Below are positions 48,101 to 57,540 of a DNA stretch of 64,000 bases, piece after piece. Numbering within the stretch: position 1 is the first letter of the stretch; every line of letters begins with the position of its first letter. The stretch covers positions 7,142 to 71,141 of the forward strand of contig CAYVRK010000015.1 of the NCBI GenBank assembly GCA_964453785.1. Reading direction: 5' to 3'. The position numbers and the translations under genes are program-made. Source of the DNA: an uncultured Bacteroides sp. (GTDB lineage Bacteria; Bacteroidota; Bacteroidia; Bacteroidales; GCA-2748055). A model generated the notes under the pieces. The model had not been told where the DNA came from and did not search any database. It saw only the letters and a program-made list of their open reading frames with translations.

Positions 48101-48239
48101 TCCCGTAAACCACCGCCCAGGCAGTGGCTGTATCATGGGCACTCTCAATAAAAGTGGCCAGGGCCAGGACAACGATCAGCAGAATCAACAATACACCCAT
48201 GAAGGACATGGAAATCAGAAATGATAATCTCTTCATCAT
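45174..48239 (-). CDS. ccsBA: Fused system II cytochrome c biogenesis protein CcsBA (ResB-like N-terminus plus CcsA haem-handling C-terminus)
   Basis: A 1021-aa product. The N-terminal ResB-like part has TM helices and a large periplasmic loop. The C-terminal CcsA part has the W-rich motif [20 protein letters not shown]. Confidence 0.88.
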   Translation of the reverse strand: [1021 protein letters not shown]

Positions 48240-48287
48240 ACGATCTGTAAAAATGTTATAAAACGGGGGTGCAAGATATCAAAATCC

Positions 48288-50798
48288 TTAAATATGTAGT
48301 AATGTACCTAACTGGAAAACAGCAAAGCTGGCCACCCAGGCAATGGCTGTGGTGTAGAGAAGGACAAAACCTGCCCATTTCCAGCTGCCTGATTCTCTCC
48401 CTACAGCTGCTACCACTGCCACACAGGGAAGATAGAATAAGACGAAAATCAGAAATGAGATTCCCACCAGGGGGGTGAAAACCGTCTGACCCGCTCGTGG
48501 TCCCGTTGTGTACACCTGCTCGCGAATCCTCGACTGTAAAGAAGCGGCCTCCCCCGGGGGCGCATGTTCATTGGCCTGATAGAGAACGCCTATGGTGCTT
48601 ACCACAATCTCCTTGGCGGCAAAACCGGTTGCCAGGGCAATGCCCATTTTCCAGTCAAAACCAAGCGGGGCAATCACAGGTTCTATGGCCACACCCAGCC
48701 TGCCGATGAAAGAGTGTTGCTGCCGCTCAGCTTCCTGCTCCATCTGCAGGTCAGAAATATGCTCCCTGATGGCACTGATCCGGCCAGAATCCATTCCGGA
48801 ACCCTCCAGGTCCGTCATCTTCTCCTGTTGCAGCGTTATTAATCCATCGAAATCCTTTGAATATTCCACGTCCCTTGGAAAATACCCCAGAGCCCATATG
48901 GCAATGGAAGCCACGAGAATCACGCCCCCCATCTTCTTCAGATAGTGTGCCCCTTTCCCCCACATGTGGCGAAGAATGACCCGGATACCGGGATTGCGGT
49001 AGACGGGCAGTTCCATGACAAAGGGGGCTTCTTTGTTCTTGAACAGTATCTTTTTAAACAGTACAGACATCAGCATGGAAAAGAACACTCCAATCATGTA
49101 GAGCATGAAGATCACATGACCGGCATTATCAGGAAAAATGGCGCCGGCGATCAGCACATACACCGGAAGCCTGGCACTGCATGACATAAACGGGATGATC
49201 AGCATGGTCAGAATCCGGTCATTCCGGTTCTCCAGGGTGCGGGTAGCCATGATGGCCGGTACATTGCATCCAAACCCCATGATCAGGGGGATAAATGATT
49301 TTCCGTGAAGTCCGAAAAGGTGCATCACCTTATCCATGATGAAGGCAGTCCGTGCCATGTATCCCGTATCTTCCATAAGGGATATGAAAAAGAAGAGGAT
49401 CAGGATGTTGGGAAGGAAGACAATCACGCCACCCACACCCCCGATAATTCCATCCACCAGCAGATCCCTCAGGATGCCGTTGGCCATGTTCTCCTTTAAA
49501 AATCCGCTGAGCACTTCCACACCTGCTGAGATCCATTCCATGGGATAATTTCCAAGGGAAAAGGTTGCATGGAACATAAGCCAGAGGAATCCCAGGAAAA
49601 TGGGTAGTCCAAAGTATTTGTGGGTCAGGATTCTGTCAATCCGTTGTGATGAGGAAAATCCCGGATTGGAACCGCTCTTTTTCATGGTCTCCTTCAGGGC
49701 ACCGGCCACAAATCCGTAACGGGCATCGGTGACCAGGCTCTCTGTATCCTCTTTGAAAAGGGTTTCCAGCCTGCGACCCTCTGCCTCAGCCTTTTCACGA
49801 ATCTCGTGAAAGTTCCTGACATCTGCCAGAATATGAGCACAATTGTCATCCCGTTCAAGCAATTTGAGAGAGAGGAAACGGGATGAGAAATGGTCGGTGA
49901 TGGATGGATTTTTCCGGATCAGCCGCTGAATCCTGGAAACCGACGCTTCGATTTCCTCCCCGTAATTGATGTGGATATGCCTGATATCGGGGTCCTCTCC
50001 TTCAAATACCCTGATCACATGGTTCAGTAAGCGGTAAACACCTTTTCCGCGGTGACTGATGGTTGGGACCACCCGGATCCCCAGCAACCGGCTCAGCAGG
50101 CCTATATCCAGCGTATCCTTTCTTGCCTGGAGATCGTCATACATGTTCAGGGCCAATACCACGGTCACATCCATATCGATCAGCTGACTGGTGAGATAGA
50201 GGTTCCGTTCCAGGTTGTTGGCATCAACCACATTCACAACCACATCGGGTTTCTCGTGCAAAATATGTTCCCTTACAAAGCGCTCTTCACTGGAATAATC
50301 AGACAATGAATAGGTCCCGGGCAGATCCGTGATCCTGAATGTGTAGCCCCTGTGAAGAAAGATCGCCTGTTTTGAATCCACGGTCACTCCGGCATAATTG
50401 CCCACATGCTCCCTGGATCTTGAAACCCGGTTGAACAGGGTTGTTTTTCCACTGTTGGGGTTACCCACCAGCGCCACGTCAATGATCTTCCCCGGCCTCG
50501 GGACCACCGGTCCCCGCTGGATGGTATCAGCGAACCGTGAGGAAGGGGGGGCCACTGTTACGGAGGCCATCTCCACTCCTGAGACCACTTCGATCAGTTC
50601 AGCCTCGCTTCTCCGAAGGGAAACATTGCTGTCCATGATTCTGTATTCCACCGGATCCTTCAGGGGAGCCGCCTTCAGCAAGGTGACCGGTTTGCCGCGG
50701 ATAAAACCCATCTCGGAAATTCTTTTCCGGAATGCACCACGCCCCCTGATCCTGGTGATCGTGGCTGTTTCACCCGTATGCAAATCGTTCAGGGTCAT
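48288..50798 (-). CDS. feoB: Ferrous iron transporter FeoB with a fused N-terminal FeoA domain
   Basis: The FeoA-like SH3 segment is LNDLHTGETATITRIRG. The G domain has GNPNSGKTTLFN and DLPGTYSL, followed by a polytopic permease. Confidence 0.93.
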   Translation of the reverse strand: MTLNDLHTGETATITRIRGRGAFRKRISEMGFIRGKPVTLLKAAPLKDPVEYRIMDSNVSLRRSEAELIEVVSGVEMASVTVAPPSSRFADTIQRGPVVPRPGKIIDVALVGNPNSGKTTLFNRVSRSREHVGNYAGVTVDSKQAIFLHRGYTFRITDLPGTYSLSDYSSEERFVREHILHEKPDVVVNVVDANNLERNLYLTSQLIDMDVTVVLALNMYDDLQARKDTLDIGLLSRLLGIRVVPTISHRGKGVYRLLNHVIRVFEGEDPDIRHIHINYGEEIEASVSRIQRLIRKNPSITDHFSSRFLSLKLLERDDNCAHILADVRNFHEIREKAEAEGRRLETLFKEDTESLVTDARYGFVAGALKETMKKSGSNPGFSSSQRIDRILTHKYFGLPIFLGFLWLMFHATFSLGNYPMEWISAGVEVLSGFLKENMANGILRDLLVDGIIGGVGGVIVFLPNILILFFFISLMEDTGYMARTAFIMDKVMHLFGLHGKSFIPLIMGFGCNVPAIMATRTLENRNDRILTMLIIPFMSCSARLPVYVLIAGAIFPDNAGHVIFMLYMIGVFFSMLMSVLFKKILFKNKEAPFVMELPVYRNPGIRVILRHMWGKGAHYLKKMGGVILVASIAIWALGYFPRDVEYSKDFDGLITLQQEKMTDLEGSGMDSGRISAIREHISDLQMEQEAERQQHSFIGRLGVAIEPVIAPLGFDWKMGIALATGFAAKEIVVSTIGVLYQANEHAPPGEAASLQSRIREQVYTTGPRAGQTVFTPLVGISFLIFVLFYLPCVAVVAAVGRESGSWKWAGFVLLYTTAIAWVASFAVFQLGTLLHI

Positions 50799-50801
50799 TG
50801 A

Positions 50802-52067
50802 TCAGAACTTCCCTTTGAAGGTGTAACCCAGTCCTTCGATGGTCTCTTTTACTTCCGTTTCCGAGAGATTCTCAGCCTCCACGGTGACGAGGTTCTTACC
50901 CGGATCGGCAAGGGCGCTGGAAATGGATTCCATCCTTTGCAATCCGTTCTCCACAGTTGCCTTGCAGTGATTGCAGGTCATTCCTTCCACCCTGAAGGTG
51001 TGTATCTGTTTTGTCATCTGTTCGCTATTTATTCTGTTTTTTCTTTTGTTCCTGAACCTTCCAATGATCTTCAACATGTATCCGTTGAATATGAGCAAAA
51101 CCAGCAGTGCCGATGAGGTCCACCGGAGCCATCCCATAGGATGCCCGTGATGGCCCTCATGGATGAATGACGGGATGAATCCGGTGATCCATTCCCGTGG
51201 GATCAGTTCATTGACAAGCACCCCGAAAAAAAGTGCACCCCCGATGATGCTGGAGAGATAGATCCATAAAGTCTTCTTGCCCATGGCATTCCCGATCACA
51301 GCCATGGTGGCAATGTTGGTGGCCGGACCGGCCATCAGCAACACGAGTGCAGCACCGGGTGACAATCCTTTCATCAGCAGCACCGCTGCAATGGGGATGG
51401 AACCGGTAGCACAGATATAAAGCGGCACCGAAGCGGCCAGCATCAGGATCATGGCCAGGTATTCGCTGGAAATGCGGTTGGTAAAAAAGTCGCCGGGAAT
51501 CAGTACCGAAAGAAGGGCGGCCACCATCATCCCGATGATCAGCCATTTGGAGATATCCTGCAGAAGCTCCACAAAACCATACCTGAAGAGTTCCTTCACA
51601 GAACGTTCAGGCTGCTCCACTTCTGAAAGGGCATGTGGCTTTTCCGGCACACCGTTCTTATCGGCTAGGTTGCCTGCCAATCCTCCAATGACACCGGTAA
51701 CCAATGCCACAACGGGCCGGATAATGGCCAGCGGCAATCCCAGCAGTGAATAGGTGGCCAGGATGGAATCCACACCCGTCTGCGGGGTCGAGATTAAGAA
51801 TGATATGGTGGATCCGCGTGAAGCCCCGTTTTTGTAAAATCCAATGCCGGTGGGCAATACGCCGCAGGAGCAAAGCGGCAAGGGTACCCCCAGGAGGGAT
51901 GCATTCAGAACAGACCTGAAATTCCGCTGCCCCATGTATTTGGTGATGATCCGCTGTGGGAAAACTACCCGCAGCACACCCGCAAAAAAAAATCCAAGCA
52001 AAAGGTAAGGCGACATTTCATTCACCAGCCTGACCAGTTCCACCCCATACGATCTTACCATTTCCAT
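50802..52067 (-). CDS. Predicted metal permease (DUF318/ArsP-like) fused to a C-terminal heavy-metal-associated domain
   Basis: It is a multi-TM permease with an LPLCSCGVLP motif. The C-terminal HMA fold carries GMTCNHCKATVENGL. Confidence 0.85.
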   Translation of the reverse strand: MEMVRSYGVELVRLVNEMSPYLLLGFFFAGVLRVVFPQRIITKYMGQRNFRSVLNASLLGVPLPLCSCGVLPTGIGFYKNGASRGSTISFLISTPQTGVDSILATYSLLGLPLAIIRPVVALVTGVIGGLAGNLADKNGVPEKPHALSEVEQPERSVKELFRYGFVELLQDISKWLIIGMMVAALLSVLIPGDFFTNRISSEYLAMILMLAASVPLYICATGSIPIAAVLLMKGLSPGAALVLLMAGPATNIATMAVIGNAMGKKTLWIYLSSIIGGALFFGVLVNELIPREWITGFIPSFIHEGHHGHPMGWLRWTSSALLVLLIFNGYMLKIIGRFRNKRKNRINSEQMTKQIHTFRVEGMTCNHCKATVENGLQRMESISSALADPGKNLVTVEAENLSETEVKETIEGLGYTFKGKF

Positions 52068-52236
52068 CTCTTATCCTCTGCTTTCACTGTATAACAAAGA
52101 AATTGCCCGAAAGATCAATAAGGTGCAAAACTACAACAACCAATCATACGGTAAATCCCCATAATTGGGTATTTTATAGTCAATATATTATCGGGAAAAA
52201 AGTGATTTAGGTTACGGGCAGAGGTGCAAAATGAGC

Positions 52237-54618
52237 TTATTCATATCTAAGTGAATTGATTGTATTTTGGCGTGAAGCCTTGTAGCATTGCCAAGCGATA
52301 CTTCCTATGGCAATTATATAGATGGCCAGTCCTGCCAGGATAAATACCCACCAGCTTTCCTTTGTTTTGTAAGCAAAGCCCTGCATCCATTTTTTTACCA
52401 CCATCCAGGAGACCGGAACAGCAATGATGAATCCCCAAAACAACCATTTGCTTGTATCACTGACAAACAGACCAATAATATCCATTGAAGTGGCACCGTT
52501 CACTTTTCTTATCCCGAGTTCCTTGGTACGGCGGATGATGCTGTACATCACCAGACCAACCAATCCAAGGCATGAGATGATGATGGCAAGTATGGACAGG
52601 ATAGTGGTCACAAATCCAAGTCTTCGATCAGTTTTATACCAGAAATCAAATTCCTTATCCATGAATGAGTATTCCATCGGGCGGTCCGGCACAAATTCTC
52701 TCCACCTTTCGTTCACATAATCAAGAATTTCATCCGTGCGGCCCGGACTATACCTGATGCTGATAAAACTCTCTGAACCCGCTTCAATAAGCACCATCCC
52801 CAAAGGTGCAATATCATCATGCAATGATATGTAATGGATATCCTGGATCACACCTATCACATGGTAAACTGTATCCAGCCTGTATCGTTTCCCGATAGGA
52901 TCCTTCCAACCCAGTTTTTCGATAGCGGCCTCATTAAGTACCATGGCCATATTATCGGTGGGATGATCCCGTGAAAAGAATCTCCCGAATTTCATTTTTA
53001 ATCCCAGGGTTTCGGCAAAATCATAATCACAATAATAGACAGAGATGTGGGAGTCATTCAAAGCTGAATCAACTGGATGTCCCCATGTACTGTACCAGTC
53101 TATCCCAGGAACACTTTCCGAACTTGCAACACCCGAAATATCGTTATGCATTAAGAGGATGTCCTTAAATGCAGCATGTGAGGTTCCCAAATACCAGGGA
53201 TTCTTAATCAAAAGGATGTTTTCCTTATTGAATCCCTGGTTGGTTTCTGATTGAATATACCTGAATTGTTTATAGATGAAACCAGAGCAATTAAGAAAAA
53301 TGATACAAATGGCGAATTGAAGAATGATCAGTTTGGCGTCGAATAACGCGTGGCTGCTTCGGAATTCTTTCCTGGAATCCTGTTTGTTCCAATACTTCTC
53401 TGAAACGAGATTTGTTGCCGGGTATAGACCTGCTATCAAAGCCAAAATCAAGGCGATGGAAACACTGAGTAGTAAATTCAGAGGTTTGTACAGGAACTCT
53501 ATCTCCATATCCCTTTCCACAAGTGTCTCGAAAGCCGGAAAAATAATTTCCACAAGGCACATGGCCAAAATGAAGCCCACTTCAAAAAGGAGAACCGAAT
53601 CCAGAAGGAAAAAACTTATCTCCTGCCTGGAGAATGCTCCGCTAACTTTTTTGATCCATACCTCTTTCCTTCTACCAAGCGACTGACTGGTAAGGAGGTT
53701 TATAAAATTTATAATTGAAATCAATACAATGAAAATTGCAAGGGCCGGAAAAAAATACAGGGTGCTATAATTCCCCTTGGATGTCTCGTATCCGGTCTGG
53801 TAAACCTTGGTATTGAGATGAATATCCTGAATGGCCTGCAAGAGGTAGGTCGAGGCACTGTAGTTATAATAATCCTCACCGTAAAAGCCCTTCATAAAAT
53901 CAGACAGTTTCTTTTCAAGCAATCCTTTATAACCGGCAGTTTGAAGTAATACATAAGTCTGTAGGAAATGGTTGAAATGACTGGGATTGTCAATAAATTC
54001 AAAAGTAGATGATGATATTAGATAATCCGGCCGCATATGACTTTGCACCGGGAATTCATCAAAGACCCCTGTAACAATGACATCTTTGCTTCCGGTTCCA
54101 AAACCGCTGCATTCAAATGTCAGGCTCTTTCCGATGGGATCAGTATTGCCAAATAGTTTTCGGGCCTTTGTTAAACTGATGACAACAGTTCCGGGTTGAC
54201 TGAGGCTTTGTGGTGTGTTGCCCGCTTCAAGCTCAATCCCAAAGACAGTAAAAAATGCAGAATCGACTGCAAACACAAGGTCCTCCCTAAACACCTCCCT
54301 ATCCCTGATAATCAGATTATTTGTGCTACTTATAAGTCGTGTAACAGAGACTACTTCCGGAAATGTACTAAGCAGTGCCTCTGCCAATGGTGCAGGAACT
54401 TCAGTTTCATATTTTTCACTCCCCTGCCAATTCCTGACCATCCTGAAAATCCGATCCTCATTTGCAAATGACTTATCATAAGAGAGTTCATGGGAAACGA
54501 AAATCCAGACCAGCATGGCCACTGCAAATCCAATAACAAGACCAAAAAGGTTGATCAGTGATAATACCTTGTTTCTCAGGATGGTTTTGACAAATACCTT
54601 AAAGTGCGACCTATACAT
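52237..54618 (-). CDS. ABC transporter permease, FtsX/MacB-like, duplicated
   Basis: The N-terminus is MYRSHFKVFVKTILRNKVLSLINLFGLVIGFA. There are two FtsX four-helix modules, and the protein ends in ...NTINSLRYE. The start is moved to ATG 54618. Confidence 0.85.
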   Translation of the reverse strand: MYRSHFKVFVKTILRNKVLSLINLFGLVIGFAVAMLVWIFVSHELSYDKSFANEDRIFRMVRNWQGSEKYETEVPAPLAEALLSTFPEVVSVTRLISSTNNLIIRDREVFREDLVFAVDSAFFTVFGIELEAGNTPQSLSQPGTVVISLTKARKLFGNTDPIGKSLTFECSGFGTGSKDVIVTGVFDEFPVQSHMRPDYLISSSTFEFIDNPSHFNHFLQTYVLLQTAGYKGLLEKKLSDFMKGFYGEDYYNYSASTYLLQAIQDIHLNTKVYQTGYETSKGNYSTLYFFPALAIFIVLISIINFINLLTSQSLGRRKEVWIKKVSGAFSRQEISFFLLDSVLLFEVGFILAMCLVEIIFPAFETLVERDMEIEFLYKPLNLLLSVSIALILALIAGLYPATNLVSEKYWNKQDSRKEFRSSHALFDAKLIILQFAICIIFLNCSGFIYKQFRYIQSETNQGFNKENILLIKNPWYLGTSHAAFKDILLMHNDISGVASSESVPGIDWYSTWGHPVDSALNDSHISVYYCDYDFAETLGLKMKFGRFFSRDHPTDNMAMVLNEAAIEKLGWKDPIGKRYRLDTVYHVIGVIQDIHYISLHDDIAPLGMVLIEAGSESFISIRYSPGRTDEILDYVNERWREFVPDRPMEYSFMDKEFDFWYKTDRRLGFVTTILSILAIIISCLGLVGLVMYSIIRRTKELGIRKVNGATSMDIIGLFVSDTSKWLFWGFIIAVPVSWMVVKKWMQGFAYKTKESWWVFILAGLAIYIIAIGSIAWQCYKASRQNTINSLRYE

Positions 54619-54790
54619 ATCAACAAATACAGAGCTAAATATAAGTATCCACAAAAAAAATGCCTAGATAAGTAATGCTCTATTATTTAATTACTTAATC
54701 AATCGAAAAAACTCTTCGGCACCTTTGAATCGTGCGAAACCGGACATTATATTGTAAAAACCGAACACTGTTTTCATTAACTTTATAGGT

Positions 54791-55963
54791 ATGAAAAAAC
54801 TGATTACAGTCTGTGTTTTATTATCGGGATTCGCCCTTCAGGGATATTCACAGTCCGATTCATATATAATAAAAAAAGAAATCTACAACCCCGGTCCCAG
54901 TGCCATTCAATTCTCTCCCGACGGAACCCTGCTGCTGGTCGGATTTGCAGATGGTTCCTTTCGCGTGCTGGATCCGGAGACTTTTACCCCTTCCCTGGAG
55001 GTGGCCGGGGCCCATACCAAAACCATCACTGCCCTGGATATGCCTCCCAAGATGGATTTTATTCTGACTGCAGGGGGGAAAGAAATTAAATTGTGGGACA
55101 GAAGCGGAAAACACATTGGCAATTTTACAGGCCACGCCACAACGATCTGGAATGCTGACATCAGTCCGGACGGGAAATACGCCGTTTCGTCGGCCTTCAA
55201 CAAGACTTTCCTGCTTTGGGACGTATACAACGGGGAGATAGCAGCACACATGCGGGGGCACGATGATGTGACCCTGACTGTTTGCATTAGCCCCGACAAC
55301 AGGTACATCGCCAGTGGCAGTAACGACCTGACCATCAAAATATGGGACCTGGAGACCCTTCAGGTAAAAAGCACACTGCACGGACCGACCCAGGACATTT
55401 TTGATGTGGCTTTCAGTCCCGACAGCCGGTTGATTGCAGCAGCTTCGGCAGAGCGAACGGTCAGGGTGTACAATGTGGAAGATGAAAAACTGATTCACAT
55501 TCTGAAGGGGCACAGGGGAACCGTTAGGAAAATCGCTTTCAGCCCGGATGGCCAATACCTTGTCAGCGCTTCGGAGGATCACGCCCTGATCCTGTGGGAT
55601 GTGGCTTCGGGTGACAGAATCCATACTTTCCTGGACAATGAGGATGTCCTGCTGGATGTGGAATTTCATCCCGATGGCAACTCTTTTTACAGCATCTCCA
55701 AAGCCGGCGATCTGACCCGGTGGGAAATGCACCCCGGGCTGTTTGTCACCCGCTACTTCAACGATCCCTACCAGGAGGAACTCTCCGCCGATCCGCTTTT
55801 TGAACCCAGGCGAAATGGAGAGTCCAAAAAGGATTACCTGGCAAGGGAAACAGAAGCCACCCAAAAAAAGGCTGAGATCACTGCCCGCTATTACCAGCAA
55901 TACCTCATGGAGAGAAAGCGCCAGGCCCCTGCCCAAGAACATTCTCCCGGGAAGGAAAAATAA
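54791..55963 (+). CDS. Secreted WD40-repeat protein
   Basis: There is a signal peptide and repeated GH...S.D...ASGS.D.TIKIWD-type units (7 blades), followed by a charged C-terminal tail. Confidence 0.85.
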   Translation: MKKLITVCVLLSGFALQGYSQSDSYIIKKEIYNPGPSAIQFSPDGTLLLVGFADGSFRVLDPETFTPSLEVAGAHTKTITALDMPPKMDFILTAGGKEIKLWDRSGKHIGNFTGHATTIWNADISPDGKYAVSSAFNKTFLLWDVYNGEIAAHMRGHDDVTLTVCISPDNRYIASGSNDLTIKIWDLETLQVKSTLHGPTQDIFDVAFSPDSRLIAAASAERTVRVYNVEDEKLIHILKGHRGTVRKIAFSPDGQYLVSASEDHALILWDVASGDRIHTFLDNEDVLLDVEFHPDGNSFYSISKAGDLTRWEMHPGLFVTRYFNDPYQEELSADPLFEPRRNGESKKDYLARETEATQKKAEITARYYQQYLMERKRQAPAQEHSPGKEK

Positions 55964-56058
55964 CTGCATTTGGTCCTACCTTTGCATCAGCAATGAATGG
56001 AATCCATTCCATATCATCCAAACGTCTCTTCCTGAACATCAAGAACAGGGACAGGTAT

Positions 56059-56144
56059 AGTGCTCAGTACTCAGTATTTTGCACTAGGCACTGAGTACTA
56101 GGCACTCCATTTCCTTTCACCTTTCATCTTTTACCTTTTACCTC
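56059..56144. repeat. Intergenic repeat, site B: ACTGAGTACT/CTCAGTACTCAGT palindromic modules plus the TTCCTTTCACCTT 13-mer
   Basis: 56059-56105 reads AGTGCTCAGTACTCAGTATTTTGCACTAGGCACTGAGTACTAGGCAC. 56111-56123 is TTCCTTTCACCTT, identical to sites A and C. Confidence 0.7.
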
Positions 56145-56151
56145 ATTTGAC

Positions 56152-57540
56152 ATGTTGCCATACGCAGAACCATATAAGATCAAGATGATCGAACCCATGC
56201 ATCCCAGTTCGGCCGGGGAGCGCAAAAAATGGATCAAAGAGGCCGGGTACAACCTTTTCAACCTGAAAAGCGACCAGGTATTTATCGACCTGCTCACCGA
56301 TTCGGGAACCGGTGCCATGAGCCAGGAACAGTGGTCGGCCCTGATGTCCGGGGATGAATCCTATGCAGGCAGCAGGTCCTTTGATCAGCTTCGGGAGACC
56401 ATTACCTCGCTGACCGGTTTCCCCTATGTGCTTCCCACCCACCAGGGCCGGGCAGCTGAAAATGTGCTGTTCTCGGTGATGGTCAAAGAGGATCAAGTGG
56501 TCCCCGGTAATGCTCATTTCGATACCACCAAAGGTCACATCGAATTCAGGAAGGCCAGTGCCTTTGACTGCACCATTGATGAAGCTACCGATACCCGGAA
56601 GTATCACCCCTTCAAGGGCAATCTGGACCTGAACAAACTGGAGAATGTGCTCCAGGTTTACGGCAAAGAGCGGATCCCCATGATCATCGTCACCATCACC
56701 TGCAACTCCACAGGTGGACAACCGGTAAGTATGGAAAATTTGAGACAGGTCAGGGAGTTCAGTAAAAAACAGGGGATTCCTGTGATCTTTGATGCGGCTC
56801 GGTTTGCTGAGAATGCATATTTTATCAAAACCAGGGAGGAGGGTTATGAAAACAGCTCCATCCGTGAGATTGTACGGGAGATGTTTTCCCTGGCCGACGG
56901 GATGACCATGAGCAGCAAGAAGGACGGGATCGTCAACATGGGCGGATTCATCGCCCTCAACAGTCAGGCCATCTACCGGGAAGCAACCATGTACAACATC
57001 TTGTTCGAAGGATATATTACTTACGGGGGCATGTCGGGCCGGGACATGGCCGCCCTGGCCCGGGGACTGGAAGAGGCCACTACCTTCGGGTATCTGGAAA
57101 GCCGGATCAAACAGGTCCATTACCTGGGCCGGAAACTTCACGACATGGGAATCCCCGTACAGGAACCCTTCGGCGGACATGCCATATTCGTGGATGCCAC
57201 CCGATTTCTCCCGCATGTACCCAGGGAGGAGTATATTGCCCAGACCCTGGCCCTGGAGCTCTACCTGGAATCGGGGGTGAGGGCCGTGGAGATCGGAACG
57301 CTTCTGGCAGACCGGGATCCGGAGACCAGGGAGAACCGGTATCCCAAACTGGAGCTTATGCGTCTGACCATTCCGCGGAGGGTCTATACACGCAACCACA
57401 TGGATTATGTTGCAGCGGCGCTTCATCAGGTATACCGCCGCAGGGAAAAAATCACCTCAGGATACAAAATCCGTTACGAAGCCCCCATCATGCGCCATTT
57501 CACAGTGGAGCTGGAAAAAGCAGATACAAGTTCAGCCTAA
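56152..57540 (+). CDS. tnaA: Tryptophanase / beta-eliminating lyase family (TnaA-like; tyrosine phenol-lyase not excluded)
   Basis: It is co-linear with my memory of E. coli TnaA: PYAEPYKIKMIEP, FIDLLTDSGTGAMS, PTHQGRAAE, ARFAENAYFIK, PLP-Lys context SSKKDGIVNMGG, and RLTIPRRVYT. Confidence 0.88.
   Translation: MLPYAEPYKIKMIEPMHPSSAGERKKWIKEAGYNLFNLKSDQVFIDLLTDSGTGAMSQEQWSALMSGDESYAGSRSFDQLRETITSLTGFPYVLPTHQGRAAENVLFSVMVKEDQVVPGNAHFDTTKGHIEFRKASAFDCTIDEATDTRKYHPFKGNLDLNKLENVLQVYGKERIPMIIVTITCNSTGGQPVSMENLRQVREFSKKQGIPVIFDAARFAENAYFIKTREEGYENSSIREIVREMFSLADGMTMSSKKDGIVNMGGFIALNSQAIYREATMYNILFEGYITYGGMSGRDMAALARGLEEATTFGYLESRIKQVHYLGRKLHDMGIPVQEPFGGHAIFVDATRFLPHVPREEYIAQTLALELYLESGVRAVEIGTLLADRDPETRENRYPKLELMRLTIPRRVYTRNHMDYVAAALHQVYRRREKITSGYKIRYEAPIMRHFTVELEKADTSSA

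Noticed and set aside
54860-55969. 369-aa minus-strand ORF opposite the WD40 gene
   Set aside because: The plus-strand frame has unmistakable WD40 repeats and a signal peptide. The antisense frame has none.
56143-57426. 427-aa minus-strand ORF opposite tnaA
   Set aside because: The plus-strand frame is co-linear with tryptophanase, including the PLP-lysine motif. The minus frame is an antisense artefact.
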